A stretch of 47,745 nt of DNA from an uncultured Eubacteriales bacterium (GCA_905202605.1 CAJKSU010000001.1:1-47745); one strand, 5' to 3'; shown: positions 1 through 9,957, counted from the first letter of the stretch. Translations and numbers: made by a program. Notes: a model not told the origin generated them from the sequence alone.

Positions 1-27
1 AGACCTTTTTGGAACAGGAGCAGAATT

Positions 28-957
28 ATGAAGTATTTAAGAGAATTTATTACGCTTCTCCAGCTGGCGGACATCGACCTCAAGCAGGGTGAGCCCATGT
101 GCCGGCATACCTCTTTTCAAATCGGCGGGCCGGTGGCGGTGATGACGTTCCCGAAGAATGCCGAGCAGGTAAAGGAGATCCTGCGGATCGCCCGGCAGTT
201 CCAGATCACGCCGATGATTCTGGGAGCGGGCAGCAATATTCTGGCTCCGGATCAGGGGCTGGATACGGTGATGATCGAAACACGCACCGCCATGAATCAG
301 GTGGAAGAGCTGGGGAATGGCGTGTTTACGGCGCAGGCTGGTGCAACCATGGCGCGGCTTGCGGCCTTTGCCATGGAGCGAGGCTATACCGGACTGGAAT
401 TTGCCCATGGCATTCCCGGCACGGTAGGCGGTGGCGTTTATATGAATGCAGGTGCATACGGCGGCGAAATGTGTCAGGTGGTGACCGGTGTAACTGCTAT
501 GGACTGCATGGGCAATCTTCTGGAGCTTCCGGCCTCAGAGCTGGAACTCAGCTATCGACACAGCCGATTCATGTCGGAGGATCTGGTGATTCTCTCCGCC
601 ACGGTTCAGCTGAAAAAAGGCAACCGGGAGGAGATCCGTGCGAAAATGGCAGAGCTGATGAACCGCCGCCGCACCTCTCAGCCGCTGGAATTCCCGTCTG
701 CGGGCAGCACGTTCAAACGCCCGAAAACAGGCTATGCAGCGGCGATGATTGAAGAGGCCGGACTCAAGGGGCTGCGGATTGGCGACGCACAGGTGTCGGA
801 GAAGCATGCGGGCTTTGTGATTAACCGGGGACGGGCCACCAGCCGGGATGTGCTGGCACTGATGGGAAAAATACAGGATAAGGTACAGGAGAACACCGGC
901 ATTCGGCTGGAGCCGGAGGTCAGAATACTGGAGGTGCAGAAGCCGTGCGCTTTTTAA
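28..957 (+). CDS. murB: UDP-N-acetylenolpyruvoylglucosamine reductase (MurB)
   Basis: 309-aa ORF preceded by GGAG. N-terminal FAD-binding motifs (CRHTSFQIGGP, ILGAGSNIL) and C-terminal MurB motifs (SAGSTFKRP, SEKHAGFVIN). Lies in the Firmicutes murB-rapZ-yvcK-whiA block. Confidence 0.93.
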   Translation: MKYLREFITLLQLADIDLKQGEPMCRHTSFQIGGPVAVMTFPKNAEQVKEILRIARQFQITPMILGAGSNILAPDQGLDTVMIETRTAMNQVEELGNGVFTAQAGATMARLAAFAMERGYTGLEFAHGIPGTVGGGVYMNAGAYGGEMCQVVTGVTAMDCMGNLLELPASELELSYRHSRFMSEDLVILSATVQLKKGNREEIRAKMAELMNRRRTSQPLEFPSAGSTFKRPKTGYAAAMIEEAGLKGLRIGDAQVSEKHAGFVINRGRATSRDVLALMGKIQDKVQENTGIRLEPEVRILEVQKPCAF

Positions 958-1802
958 TTGTTACCGGGCAGTCCGGCGCGGGGAAAAGCCGGACTGCGTC
1001 CACATTGGAGGATCTGGGCTATTACTGCGTGGACAATCTCCCGCCGGAGCTGATTACGCAATTCGCGGAGGTGTGTCTGGCAACCACCGGACGGTTCGAC
1101 CGGGTAGCATTGGTCAGCGATGTTCGGGCGGGGCAGAACTTTGACGGGCTGCTCACCAGTCTGGATGCGCTGGACGCCATGGGCTGCAAGTATTCCATTG
1201 TCTATGTGGAGGCAGAGACAGATGCTATCATCAAACGCTATAAGGAGACGCGGCGCTCCCACCCTCTCAGCAAGGACGGAACGCCGCTGGCGGAAGCGGT
1301 GGTCAAGGAAAAGCAGCTGCTCAGCAAGGTACGGGCCAGAGCGAACTTTATCATTGACACCACCTCCATGTCCACCGCACGGCTGCGCGGTGAGCTGATC
1401 CGACTGTTTGAGGAGCAGCCCAAGCGGGCAATGGTGGTGAATATCCTGTCCTTTGGGTTTAAGTATGGCATTCCGCTGGACGCGGATCTGGTGCTGGATG
1501 TGCGCTTCCTGCCCAACCCCTATTATATTGCAGAGCTGAAGCCCAAAAGCGGGCTGACCCCAGAGGTCAGGGACTTTATCTTCTCCTATCAGCAGACTCA
1601 GGACTATCTGCAGAAGCTGGAGGATCTTTTGGCCTATACGCTGCCGCTCTACTTTGAGGAGGGCAAAACGGGGCTGGTAATCGCAGTGGGCTGCACTGGC
1701 GGTCGGCATCGCTCGGTGGCGGTGGCAAAGGAGATCGGCGATTTTGTGATGAAGCGTGGCTACCCCACTGTGGTCAACCATCGGGACATTGCCCGTGGAT
1801 AG
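945..1802 (+). CDS. rapZ: RNase adapter / nucleotide-binding protein RapZ (YvcJ)
   Basis: Walker A GQSGAGKS near the N-terminus and C-terminal CTGGRHRSV motif. GTG start with GGAGGTG RBS, overlapping the murB stop. Confidence 0.92.
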   Translation: MRFLIVTGQSGAGKSRTASTLEDLGYYCVDNLPPELITQFAEVCLATTGRFDRVALVSDVRAGQNFDGLLTSLDALDAMGCKYSIVYVEAETDAIIKRYKETRRSHPLSKDGTPLAEAVVKEKQLLSKVRARANFIIDTTSMSTARLRGELIRLFEEQPKRAMVVNILSFGFKYGIPLDADLVLDVRFLPNPYYIAELKPKSGLTPEVRDFIFSYQQTQDYLQKLEDLLAYTLPLYFEEGKTGLVIAVGCTGGRHRSVAVAKEIGDFVMKRGYPTVVNHRDIARG

Positions 1803-1806
1803 CCGG

Positions 1807-2847
1807 ATGAACCTCCAGCAGGAGGAGGAAATCCGCCTGTATTCTCCCGGCGGCGCGCCAAGGATCGTTGCTATTGGCGGCGGTCATGGGCTGTCTACCA
1901 TGCTGCGGGGGCTCAAGCGGTATTCCAGAGATATTACCGCCATTGTGACCATGGCGGACGACGGTGGCGGCAGCGGTATGCTGCGGCAGGATCTGGGCAT
2001 GCTGCCTCCCGGCGATGCGCGGGACTGTGTGCTGGCCCTCGCCAATACCGAGCCGGTGATGGAGCAGCTGATGACCTATCGGTTTCAGGAAGGCTCTCTG
2101 GAGGGGCAGAATTTCGGGAATCTGTTGCTGGCGGCGTTGAACGGCATCTGCGGCAGCTTTGCCGAGGCGGTACGCCAGATGGGTGAGGTGTTGGCAATCA
2201 CCGGCAGGGTCTTGCCGGTGACGGAGGAGAGTATTCACCTTCAGGCGCAGTTTGAGGATGGATCCACCGTATTTGGAGAAAGTGCGATATTCTATCATAA
2301 GAAGGACACCAGAAAGCGTATTCGCCGGGTGGTGCTGACGCCGGAGCATCCCAGCGCGTTCCCGGAGAGCTTGGAGGCGATTCGGCGGGCAGATCTTATC
2401 CTCATCGGCCCCGGAAGCCTGTACACCAGCATCATCCCGAATTTTCTGGTATCCGGTATCACCGAGGCGGTGGAGCAGTCCGGCGCATATAAGCTTATGG
2501 TGATGAATCTCATGACTCAGGACGGGGAGACCGAGGGCTATACTGCGGCAGATCACCTGCGGGAGCTGCTGCGCCATGGAACCAAAGGCATGGTGGACGG
2601 CTGCCTTGCGAACTCCAGTCCGGTTCCGGAGCATCTGAAGGAGGAATACCTTCGGGAGGGCGCTGACGTAATGGCGGTGGATCGGGAGCAGGTAGAGGCA
2701 CTGGGGGTGAGGCTCTATACGGCACCGCTGCTCAGTAGTCAGTGCGAATATGCGCGGCATGATCCAAGACTGCTGGCGGCGGCGATCATGGGAATTTGGA
2801 ACGGACAGAGCAGGCGGAGAGGCCGCCGGAACGGACGGAGAGAATAG
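1807..2847 (+). CDS. yvcK: YvcK/CofD-like gluconeogenesis factor (UPF0052)
   Basis: IVAIGGGHGLSTMLRGLK and MADDGGGSG motifs. Start set at ATG 1807, just after the rapZ stop, rather than the ORF-track start 1756, which overlaps rapZ. Confidence 0.88.
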   Translation: MNLQQEEEIRLYSPGGAPRIVAIGGGHGLSTMLRGLKRYSRDITAIVTMADDGGGSGMLRQDLGMLPPGDARDCVLALANTEPVMEQLMTYRFQEGSLEGQNFGNLLLAALNGICGSFAEAVRQMGEVLAITGRVLPVTEESIHLQAQFEDGSTVFGESAIFYHKKDTRKRIRRVVLTPEHPSAFPESLEAIRRADLILIGPGSLYTSIIPNFLVSGITEAVEQSGAYKLMVMNLMTQDGETEGYTAADHLRELLRHGTKGMVDGCLANSSPVPEHLKEEYLREGADVMAVDREQVEALGVRLYTAPLLSSQCEYARHDPRLLAAAIMGIWNGQSRRRGRRNGRRE

Positions 2848-2858
2848 GAGGTGCAGGG

Positions 2859-3758
2859 ATGTCCTTTGCATCAGAAGTGCGGAATGAGCTATGCCGGATT
2901 TTGCCGGATAAACGTTGCTGCCGTATTGCGGAGTGCTATGGCATTCTCATGTACTGTAACACCTGCTCCAAACAGGAAATCAAGGTAGTCACGGAGAGCA
3001 AGAGCTTTGCGGAGCTGCTGCCCCGGCTGTTCCGGCGCACCTTTGGACTGGAGTTTGATCAGTTCCCTTCGCTGGAGCAGCCGGGAAAAATGACATTTGT
3101 GATTGACGATCCCGAAAAACTCGATGACATCTTCTCTGCCTACGGGCAGGAACACGAGGCATTGGCACTCCATGTGAACTTTGGCCTGCTGGAGGGGGAT
3201 TGCTGCCGTCAGAGCTTTATGCGGGGGGCATTTCTGGCAGGGGGCAGTGTGACTGATCCAGACAAACGATATCATCTGGAGCTGGTCACCTCCCACCAGA
3301 AGGTCGGGGACGAAACCTATCAGCTGCTGCTGGAGATGGGCTTTTCTCCCATGGACGCTCAGCGGAGCGGCAGCCGGATTTTATACTTTAAGCGAAGCGA
3401 CATGATCGTAGATTTCCTCACTGCTGCCGGCGCACCGGTGTGCGCCATGAAGATCATCGAAGCGAAGATGGAAAAGGAGCTGCGCAACGGTGTAAACCGC
3501 CGCTGCAACTGCGATACGGCGAATCTGGGCAAGGCGGTGGACGCGGCGCAGCAGCAGCTGATCGCCATTCGGCGGCTCCGGGACAGCGGAAAAATGGATA
3601 GCCTGCCGGAGAAGCTGCGAGACGCGGCAAGGCTACGGGAGGAGAACCCGGAGGCTACGCTCAGCGAGCTGGCGGCTATGGCGGCTCCGCCACTGAGCAA
3701 GCCAGCGATGAGTCATCGGATGCGAAAGCTGATAGAACTGAGCTGTACGGAAGGATAG
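2859..3758 (+). CDS. whiA: DNA-binding protein WhiA
   Basis: MSFASEVRNEL N-terminus, LAGLIDADG-like core (FLAGGSVTDPDKRYHLE) and C-terminal HTH. GGAGG RBS 7 nt before ATG 2859. Conserved position after yvcK. Confidence 0.9.
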   Translation: MSFASEVRNELCRILPDKRCCRIAECYGILMYCNTCSKQEIKVVTESKSFAELLPRLFRRTFGLEFDQFPSLEQPGKMTFVIDDPEKLDDIFSAYGQEHEALALHVNFGLLEGDCCRQSFMRGAFLAGGSVTDPDKRYHLELVTSHQKVGDETYQLLLEMGFSPMDAQRSGSRILYFKRSDMIVDFLTAAGAPVCAMKIIEAKMEKELRNGVNRRCNCDTANLGKAVDAAQQQLIAIRRLRDSGKMDSLPEKLRDAARLREENPEATLSELAAMAAPPLSKPAMSHRMRKLIELSCTEG

Positions 3759-3764
3759 ATACTT

Positions 3765-4196
3765 ATGTTAGAGCGCTCCTGCGGCGCTGTGGTATACACA
3801 GAAAAGGAAAACCAGCGGCGCTATGTGCTGGTGAAGGGCGGCTATATCGGGCTGCCAAAGGGACATATGGAACGGGGTGAATCCGAGCGGGAAACGGCGG
3901 TACGGGAGATATGGGAGGAGACATGCGTCAAAACGCAGCTCATTCCGGGCTTTCGGCGGGTGGTGACCTACCATATGCCCAACGGGAACGACAAGCGTGT
4001 GGCCTATTTTCTGGCGCACTATTCCCATCAGGAGGCACATCAGAACCCGGAGGAGTTTTTGAAGGTGCTGGTGCTGGGGTATTATGATGCGCTGCGGGCG
4101 TTGACTTTTGAAAATGACCGGGTTACGCTCCGTGAGGCGGAGCGGTTTCTGCGGCGCCGCGCCGCTGCCGATGCGGCCAAAGCGGCGGAACGGTAA
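3765..4196 (+). CDS. NUDIX hydrolase (Ap4A-hydrolase-like)
   Basis: Nudix box GHMERGESERETAVREIWEETCV in a 143-aa ORF. Confidence 0.85.
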   Translation: MLERSCGAVVYTEKENQRRYVLVKGGYIGLPKGHMERGESERETAVREIWEETCVKTQLIPGFRRVVTYHMPNGNDKRVAYFLAHYSHQEAHQNPEEFLKVLVLGYYDALRALTFENDRVTLREAERFLRRRAAADAAKAAER

Positions 4197-4216
4197 ACGG
4201 GGAAGGAGGGACATCT

Positions 4217-7200
4217 GTGGCATTTGTGCATCTTCACGTTCATACGGAATACAGTCTGCTGGACGGCGCGTGCCGGATCAAGCAGCTGATGGGACGGGTA
4301 AAGGAGCTGGGACAGTCTGCTGTTGCCGTGACCGATCACGGGGCAATGTATGGTGTCATCGACTTCTATAAGGCGGCAAAGGCGGAGGGGATTAAGCCAG
4401 TCATTGGGTGTGAAGTATATGTAGCTCCCAGAGACCGGGAAAACCGGGTGCATGGCATTGACAACGACAACCATCATCTGGTACTGCTGTGTGAAAACAT
4501 GACAGGCTATCAGAACCTGTGCTATATGGTGTCTCAGGCGTACCTTAACGGCTTTTATGGAAAGCCGAGGGTAGACTATGCGCTGCTGGAGCAGTACCAC
4601 GAGGGACTGATCGCCCTGTCGGCCTGTCTGGCAGGAGAGATCCCCCAAAAGCTGATTCAGGATGACTATGAGGGGGCGCTGCAAGCTGCCCAGCGCATGG
4701 CGGCAATTTTCGGGCCGGAGCATTTCTATCTGGAGATGCAGGACCACGGGCTGGAGCTTCAGCCTGCGGTGAATCGCGGACTTCGGCGCATCGCACGGGA
4801 AACCGGCCTTCCCATGGTGGCAACCAATGACGCTCATTATATCCGGAAGGAAGACGCGGCCATGCAGGATGTGCTGATGTGCATCCAGATGCAGAAAACC
4901 GTGGATGACCCCGGACGAATGAAGTTTGAGACACAGGAATTCTACATCAAAAGTGAGGAGGAAATGACCTCGCTGTTCCCCGGCGATGCGGAGGCGCTGG
5001 AAAATACCCAGAGAATTGCAGATCGCTGCAATGTGGAATTTGAGTTCGGCAACTATCATCTGCCGGATTTCTTCCCGCCGGAGGGCTACACCAACGACCA
5101 GTACTTTGAAAAGCTCTGCTGGGACGGCTTTGCGGTGCGCTATCCTCAGGGAGGAGAAAAGGAGAAAAAGCAGCTCCGCTATGAGATGGAAATGATCCGG
5201 AAGATGGGCTTTGTGAACTACTTTCTGATCGTGTCGGACTATGTGGACTATGCCAAACGCAGCGGCATTCCAGTTGGACCCGGACGCGGCAGCGCAGCGG
5301 GCAGTATGGTATCCTACTGCCTGTATATTACGGACATTGACCCGCTGAAATACAGCCTGTATTTTGAACGTTTCCTGAATCCCGGACGCGTGACCATGCC
5401 GGATATTGATATCGACTTCTGCGTCAATCGGCGGCAGGAGGTCATTGACTATGTCACCCGGAAATACGGCAAGGACAATGTGGCCCAGATCGTCACCTTT
5501 GGCACCATGAAGGCCAAGGGCGCAGTGCGGGACGTGGGGCGTGCGCTGGGCATGAGCTACGGCGAGGTGGATCAGGTGGCGCGGCTGGTGCCGGGGACCC
5601 TGAACATCACACTGGCGGAGGCGCTGAAGCTCTCTCCCCAGCTGAAGGAGCGGTATGATGCGGATCCCAAGGTGAAGAAGCTCATTGATACCGCCATGGG
5701 CGTGGAGGGCATGCCTCGGAATACCTCTACCCATGCGGCGGCGGTGGTCATCACCAAGGAGCCGGTGTACCATTATGTCCCCCTGAGCAAGAACGATGAT
5801 ACGGTGGTCATTCAGTATACTATGACCACTGTGGAGGAGCTGGGTCTCCTGAAAATGGACTTTTTGGGCCTCCGCAACCTGACGGTGATTGACGACGCCG
5901 AAAAGCTGATTCACAGGCGGGAACCGGAGTTCAATATCCATACGGTTCCTGATGGGGACGAGGCTACCTATCAAATGATCTCCGCAGGCAGAACCTCCGG
6001 CGTGTTTCAGATGGAGTCCACGGGCATGACCGGGGTGTGCGTCAGTCTGCATCCCCAGAGCATAGAGGATCTTACCGCTATTGTGTCCCTCTATCGCCCC
6101 GGCCCCATGGACAGCATTCCGAAGTTTATTGCAAGCAAGCACAATCCCAAGTCTGTGAAGTATACCGACCCTGCGCTGGAGCCAATTTTGTCGGTCACCT
6201 ACGGCGTTATGGTATATCAGGAGCAGGTCATTGATATTTTCCGCTCTCTGGGCGGCTACAGCCTGCCGCAGGCGGATAATATCCGACGGGCAATCTCCAA
6301 GAAGAAGCAGGCAGTGATTGAAGCGGAACGCCAGACCTTTGTGCATGGCGACCCGGAGCGGGGAATTTCCGGTGCTGTGGCAAAGGGGGTGCCGGAAAAG
6401 GCTGCCAATGAGATCTACGATCAGATTCTGGACTTTGCCAGCTATGCGTTCAATAAGGCGCACGCAGTGTGCTATGCTCAGGTGGCCTATGAAACGGCCT
6501 ACCTCAAGTGCCATTATCCGCGGGAGTATATGGCGGCGCTGATGACCTCGGTGCTGGACAGCACCACCAAGATCTCCGAGTACATTGGGGAATGCCGGGA
6601 GCTGGGCATTGCGGTTCTGCCGCCGGATGTAAATCAGTCGGACGATCAGTTTACCGTTACCAACGAAGGCATTCGCTTTGGCCTGGGCGCGGTGAAGAAC
6701 ATCGGCATGGGCTTTGTGGCGAATCTCATGCGGGAGCGGAAGGAAAACGGGCCGTTTACCTCACTGGAGGATTTTTGCCAGCGAATGAGCGGAACGGATC
6801 TCAATAAGCGCACCGTGGAAAACCTCATCAAATGCGGCGCCATGGATTGCTTTGGCGCATACCGCAGCCAGCAGCTTCGGGTCTATGAAATGGTCATGAG
6901 CGCAGTGGCGGACGCTAAGAAAAACAATGTGGATGGACAGCTGGGGCTGTTCGATTTAGTGGAAACTCAGACTGCTGCACCGGTTTCCGTGCCGCTGCCG
7001 GACATTCCGGAGCTGAGCGCGCGGGAGAAAATGCAGCTGGAGAAGGAAACCACCGGCCTGTATTTGTCCGGGCATCCCATGGATGAATACCGCCAGAGCG
7101 TGAAAAAGGCCGGGGTAGTGCCTGTTGGCGATATTCTGGAGTCCTTCTCCGGGGAGGAGCCGGGGCGCTATCAGGACGGTCAGCAGGTCGCGGTGGCGGG

Positions 7201-7711
7201 CATTGTCACCAAGGTAAAGAGCAAGACCACCAAGAATGGCTCGCTGATGGCCTATATCACCTTGGAGGACGATACCGGCGCTATGGAGCTGCTGTGCTTT
7301 TCCAGAGTGCTGGGGCAGTACGGCAGCTGCTTACAGGAAAACAGCGCCGTGCTGGTGAAGGGACGCATCTCCGCGCGGGACGAAAAGGAACCCCAGCTGA
7401 TGACGGACAGCGCCATTCCGCTGGAGGATGCAGCGCTGGGGCTGTCGCCGGAGGCACAGCCGGTGCAGGATCGCCGTCCCATCCGTTCCATTGCCCAGCC
7501 TGGACAGACCCTGTATCTAAAGCTGGAGAACATGGAGGGGCGGCAATTCCGGAAGCTCAAGCCGATCCTCAAGATGTTCCCCGGACAAACAAAAACAGTG
7601 CTGTTTTTTGCGGATAGCAAGAAGCGAATGGGTACCGCCTGCCTTGCGGCAGAACTGCTGCTGGACGAGCTGCGGGAGCTGCTGGGGAAGGACTGCGTGG
7701 TGCTGAAATAA
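4217..7711 (+). CDS. dnaE: DNA polymerase III alpha subunit (DnaE type)
   Basis: 1164 aa. N-terminal PHP domain (HLHVHTEYSLLDG), polymerase core, HhH and a C-terminal OB-fold region. GTG start after GGAAGGAGG. Confidence 0.95.
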   Translation: MAFVHLHVHTEYSLLDGACRIKQLMGRVKELGQSAVAVTDHGAMYGVIDFYKAAKAEGIKPVIGCEVYVAPRDRENRVHGIDNDNHHLVLLCENMTGYQNLCYMVSQAYLNGFYGKPRVDYALLEQYHEGLIALSACLAGEIPQKLIQDDYEGALQAAQRMAAIFGPEHFYLEMQDHGLELQPAVNRGLRRIARETGLPMVATNDAHYIRKEDAAMQDVLMCIQMQKTVDDPGRMKFETQEFYIKSEEEMTSLFPGDAEALENTQRIADRCNVEFEFGNYHLPDFFPPEGYTNDQYFEKLCWDGFAVRYPQGGEKEKKQLRYEMEMIRKMGFVNYFLIVSDYVDYAKRSGIPVGPGRGSAAGSMVSYCLYITDIDPLKYSLYFERFLNPGRVTMPDIDIDFCVNRRQEVIDYVTRKYGKDNVAQIVTFGTMKAKGAVRDVGRALGMSYGEVDQVARLVPGTLNITLAEALKLSPQLKERYDADPKVKKLIDTAMGVEGMPRNTSTHAAAVVITKEPVYHYVPLSKNDDTVVIQYTMTTVEELGLLKMDFLGLRNLTVIDDAEKLIHRREPEFNIHTVPDGDEATYQMISAGRTSGVFQMESTGMTGVCVSLHPQSIEDLTAIVSLYRPGPMDSIPKFIASKHNPKSVKYTDPALEPILSVTYGVMVYQEQVIDIFRSLGGYSLPQADNIRRAISKKKQAVIEAERQTFVHGDPERGISGAVAKGVPEKAANEIYDQILDFASYAFNKAHAVCYAQVAYETAYLKCHYPREYMAALMTSVLDSTTKISEYIGECRELGIAVLPPDVNQSDDQFTVTNEGIRFGLGAVKNIGMGFVANLMRERKENGPFTSLEDFCQRMSGTDLNKRTVENLIKCGAMDCFGAYRSQQLRVYEMVMSAVADAKKNNVDGQLGLFDLVETQTAAPVSVPLPDIPELSAREKMQLEKETTGLYLSGHPMDEYRQSVKKAGVVPVGDILESFSGEEPGRYQDGQQVAVAGIVTKVKSKTTKNGSLMAYITLEDDTGAMELLCFSRVLGQYGSCLQENSAVLVKGRISARDEKEPQLMTDSAIPLEDAALGLSPEAQPVQDRRPIRSIAQPGQTLYLKLENMEGRQFRKLKPILKMFPGQTKTVLFFADSKKRMGTACLAAELLLDELRELLGKDCVVLK

Positions 7712-7732
7712 GGAAAACTATATTGGTATTGC

Positions 7733-7936
7733 TAAGGCAACATCGTACAATTGCGCCTGCGGATTCTGACGGAGCCTTTCCGCCAGAAATGCGTTAGGAA
7801 AACCTTGCAATACACAAAGTATTCCGGCGGTTTTCCACCTTTTTCTGACGCAAATTCTCTCGTCAAACTCTCTTGTCGAATTGTGCGGTATTGCCCTAAA
7901 ACTGACAATCTCAATTGCTTGGGGTTGTCAGTTTTA
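7733..7936 (+). ncRNA. Candidate structured RNA/element downstream of dnaE (unclassified)
   Basis: By hand alignment, 7735-7754 (GGCAACATCGTACAATTGCG) can pair with 7876-7895 (CGAATTGTGCGGTATTGCCC). The enclosed segment of about 120 nt has internal stems (CCGCCAG 7779-7785 with CCGGCGG 7823-7829) and an 8-nt direct repeat TTCTGACG (7763, 7842). It ends in a perfect 13-bp hairpin. The overlapping ORFs have no RBS. Confidence 0.25.
7895..7936 (+). terminator. Perfect 13-bp hairpin (CTAAAACTGACAA / TTGTCAGTTTTAG), possible dnaE or sRNA terminator
   Basis: The two arms are exact reverse complements with a 16-nt loop. The only T-run is the TTTT inside the 3' arm, so intrinsic-terminator status is uncertain. 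Confidence 0.4.
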
Positions 7937-8163
7937 GACTAAATATAGGGGGGGAATTCAAATAAATATATATAACACACAAAAACAGTGGATATTATTG
8001 TATGGTGCGACAATTGCTGATTGAGGGCAAATATGGTATTCTGGAATTGCCAATAGAAAATAATATTCACAACAACAAAGAGTAAATATGTTTGCTCAAA
8101 TTTCCACCTAGGTGATGATAGTGTTATTGGTGCATCGTTTGTTATTAGCTAAGGAGGTCAATA

Positions 8164-8646
8164 TTGAACCACGAAAAAAGATCGAACAAAAGACTCGAAT
8201 ATGTTCTTGGCGTGGTTTCTATCATTCTGGTGGGAATCACCCTGTACGCCCTCTGGCTGGGCTATTCGGTGTGGAAGGATAAGCCCCATGAAATTGCCGA
8301 ATTGCAGCGAGTGGATCTGGAAACGCCGGTGATCGACGGGGTGACCTACGTTCCGGCGGAGTATGGAGAGATCGGGGCAGAGAACCGCGCCGCCATTCCT
8401 GCGGATGCGGCGGTAACGATTGTGGGATATGATATCAACTGCAACTGCTATTACTTTTTCGGAACGGTTTCGGGGACGGACGGCGATTGGCTGCTGAAGT
8501 TTGTCCGCGCCGCAGACGGAGACTATACCGCCATTACCCCAGAAATTGCGGACGAGATCTATCACAGCCAGCAGGCCGGTGCGCCGCCCCAATGGATCGA
8601 GACGATTTTGGAGCAGAATCGGCAGAGCGAAGCGGAAAAATCCTGA
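8164..8646 (+). CDS. Hypothetical membrane-anchored protein (single N-terminal TM)
   Basis: 160-aa ORF with a TTG start 7 nt after a strong AAGGAGG RBS. Hydrophobic segment VLGVVSIILVGITLYALWLGY. I recognise no family motif. A strong hairpin follows. Confidence 0.6.
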   Translation: MNHEKRSNKRLEYVLGVVSIILVGITLYALWLGYSVWKDKPHEIAELQRVDLETPVIDGVTYVPAEYGEIGAENRAAIPADAAVTIVGYDINCNCYYFFGTVSGTDGDWLLKFVRAADGDYTAITPEIADEIYHSQQAGAPPQWIETILEQNRQSEAEKS

Positions 8647-8658
8647 ATCAGACATAAA

Positions 8659-8693
8659 GACAGGCGGCCCGAAGCGTTTTCGGGCCGCCTGTC
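8659..8693. terminator. Bidirectional hairpin between convergent 8164-8646 and glyA
   Basis: Perfect 15-bp stem GACAGGCGGCCCGAA / TTCGGGCCGCCTGTC with a 5-nt loop. T-runs are weak on both sides. Confidence 0.7.
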
Positions 8694-8703
8694 TGCGAAT
8701 TGC

Positions 8704-9957
8704 TTATTCGTACAGGGGGAACTTTGCGGTAAGCGCATCCACGCGGGCGGTAATCTCATCCTTCTTGGTGTCGAAGTGGAAGATGCAGTCGGCGATGCAG
8801 TCGGCAATTTCCTTCATCTCTGCAACACCCATGCCGCGGGTGGTAACGGCGGGAGTGCCGAGCCGCAGACCGGAGGTGACGAAGGGGCTGCGCTTTTCAC
8901 CGGGAACGGTATTCTTGTTGGCGGTGATATGCACCTCGTCCAGATTGTGCTCCAGCTCCTTGCCGGTGCATTCCTCATCGGTGAGATCCACCAGCAGCAG
9001 ATGGTTGTCGGTGCCGCCGGATACCAGCTTTACACCGCGGGCCAGCAGCTCCTCTGCCATAGCCTGCGCATTTTCAATGATCTTTCTGCCGTATTCCTTG
9101 AACTCCGGCTTCAGCGCCTCGCCAAAGCAGACGGCCTTTGCGGCAATCACGTGCTCCAGCGGGCCGCCCTGCGTGCCGGGGAAGATGGCCTTGTTGATCT
9201 TCTTGGAGATCTCCTCGTTATTGGTGAGAATCAGACCGCCGCGGGGGCCGCGGAGGGTCTTATGGGTGGTGGTGGTGACCACGTCGGCATAGGGGACGGG
9301 GCTTTGATGATAGCCCGCCGCCACCAGACCGGCAATGTGCGCCATGTCCACCATCAGCAGCGCGCCGTTGTCATGGGCGATCTGCGCAATGCGCTCAAAA
9401 TCAATGGCACGGGGATAGGCGGAGGCGCCGGCAACCACCAGCTTGGGCTTGACCTCGGCGACCTGCTGGGCCATCTTGTCATAGTCGATGAAGCCCTGCT
9501 CGTTGACACCGTAGGAGACAAAGTGATAGTTCTTGCCGGACATGTTGACCGGGCTGCCATGGGTCAGGTGACCGCCCTGACTGAGATCCATGCCCATAAC
9601 GGTATCGCCCAAATCGAGCAGACCGAAGTAAACCGCCATGTTGGCCTGCGCACCGCTATGGGGCTGTACGTTGGCATAGGCAGCACCGAACAGCTCCTTG
9701 GCGCGGTCAATGGCGATCTGCTCTACCTCGTCTACATACATGCAGCCGCCGTAGTAGCGCTTGCCAGGGTAGCCCTCAGCGTATTTGTTGGTAAGAATGC
9801 TACCCATGGCGGCCATGACCGCCGGGGATACAATGTTTTCGCTGGCGATCAGCTCAATGTTCTGGCGCTGACGGTGCAGCTCACGGTTCATGGCAGCGCC
9901 CAGCTCAGGATCAACAGCGGCAACTGCGCCGATGGTATCTATCATTGTTTCATACAT
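8704..9957 (-). CDS. glyA: Serine hydroxymethyltransferase
   Basis: [34 protein letters not shown] and the PLP-lysine region [14 protein letters not shown]. Start set at ATG 9957 (AAAGGGAG RBS). ATG 9978 is an in-frame alternative. Confidence 0.95.
   Translation of the reverse strand: MYETMIDTIGAVAAVDPELGAAMNRELHRQRQNIELIASENIVSPAVMAAMGSILTNKYAEGYPGKRYYGGCMYVDEVEQIAIDRAKELFGAAYANVQPHSGAQANMAVYFGLLDLGDTVMGMDLSQGGHLTHGSPVNMSGKNYHFVSYGVNEQGFIDYDKMAQQVAEVKPKLVVAGASAYPRAIDFERIAQIAHDNGALLMVDMAHIAGLVAAGYHQSPVPYADVVTTTTHKTLRGPRGGLILTNNEEISKKINKAIFPGTQGGPLEHVIAAKAVCFGEALKPEFKEYGRKIIENAQAMAEELLARGVKLVSGGTDNHLLLVDLTDEECTGKELEHNLDEVHITANKNTVPGEKRSPFVTSGLRLGTPAVTTRGMGVAEMKEIADCIADCIFHFDTKKDEITARVDALTAKFPLYE

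Noticed and set aside
954-2871. 275-aa and 365-aa minus-strand ORFs opposite rapZ and yvcK
   Set aside because: Antisense shadows of well-supported genes, with no motifs.
4082-6514. 810-aa ORF on the minus strand opposite dnaE
   Set aside because: It is entirely antisense to a confidently identified dnaE. The translation is Arg/His/Gly/Leu-rich with no motifs. This is the typical stop-codon-poor shadow frame of GC-rich coding DNA.
7732-7942. 60-aa (-) and 63-aa (+) ORFs in the dnaE-downstream element
   Set aside because: No Shine-Dalgarno sequence, and the + ORF has a non-ATG start. Both overlap each other and the strongly structured region, which is better explained as RNA or DNA structure.
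8001-8084. 27-codon ATG ORF (MVRQLLIEGKYGILELPIENNIHNNKE) inside the AT-rich tract
   Set aside because: No RBS and no supporting signal, and such an ORF is likely to arise by chance in AT-rich DNA. Kept only as a note.
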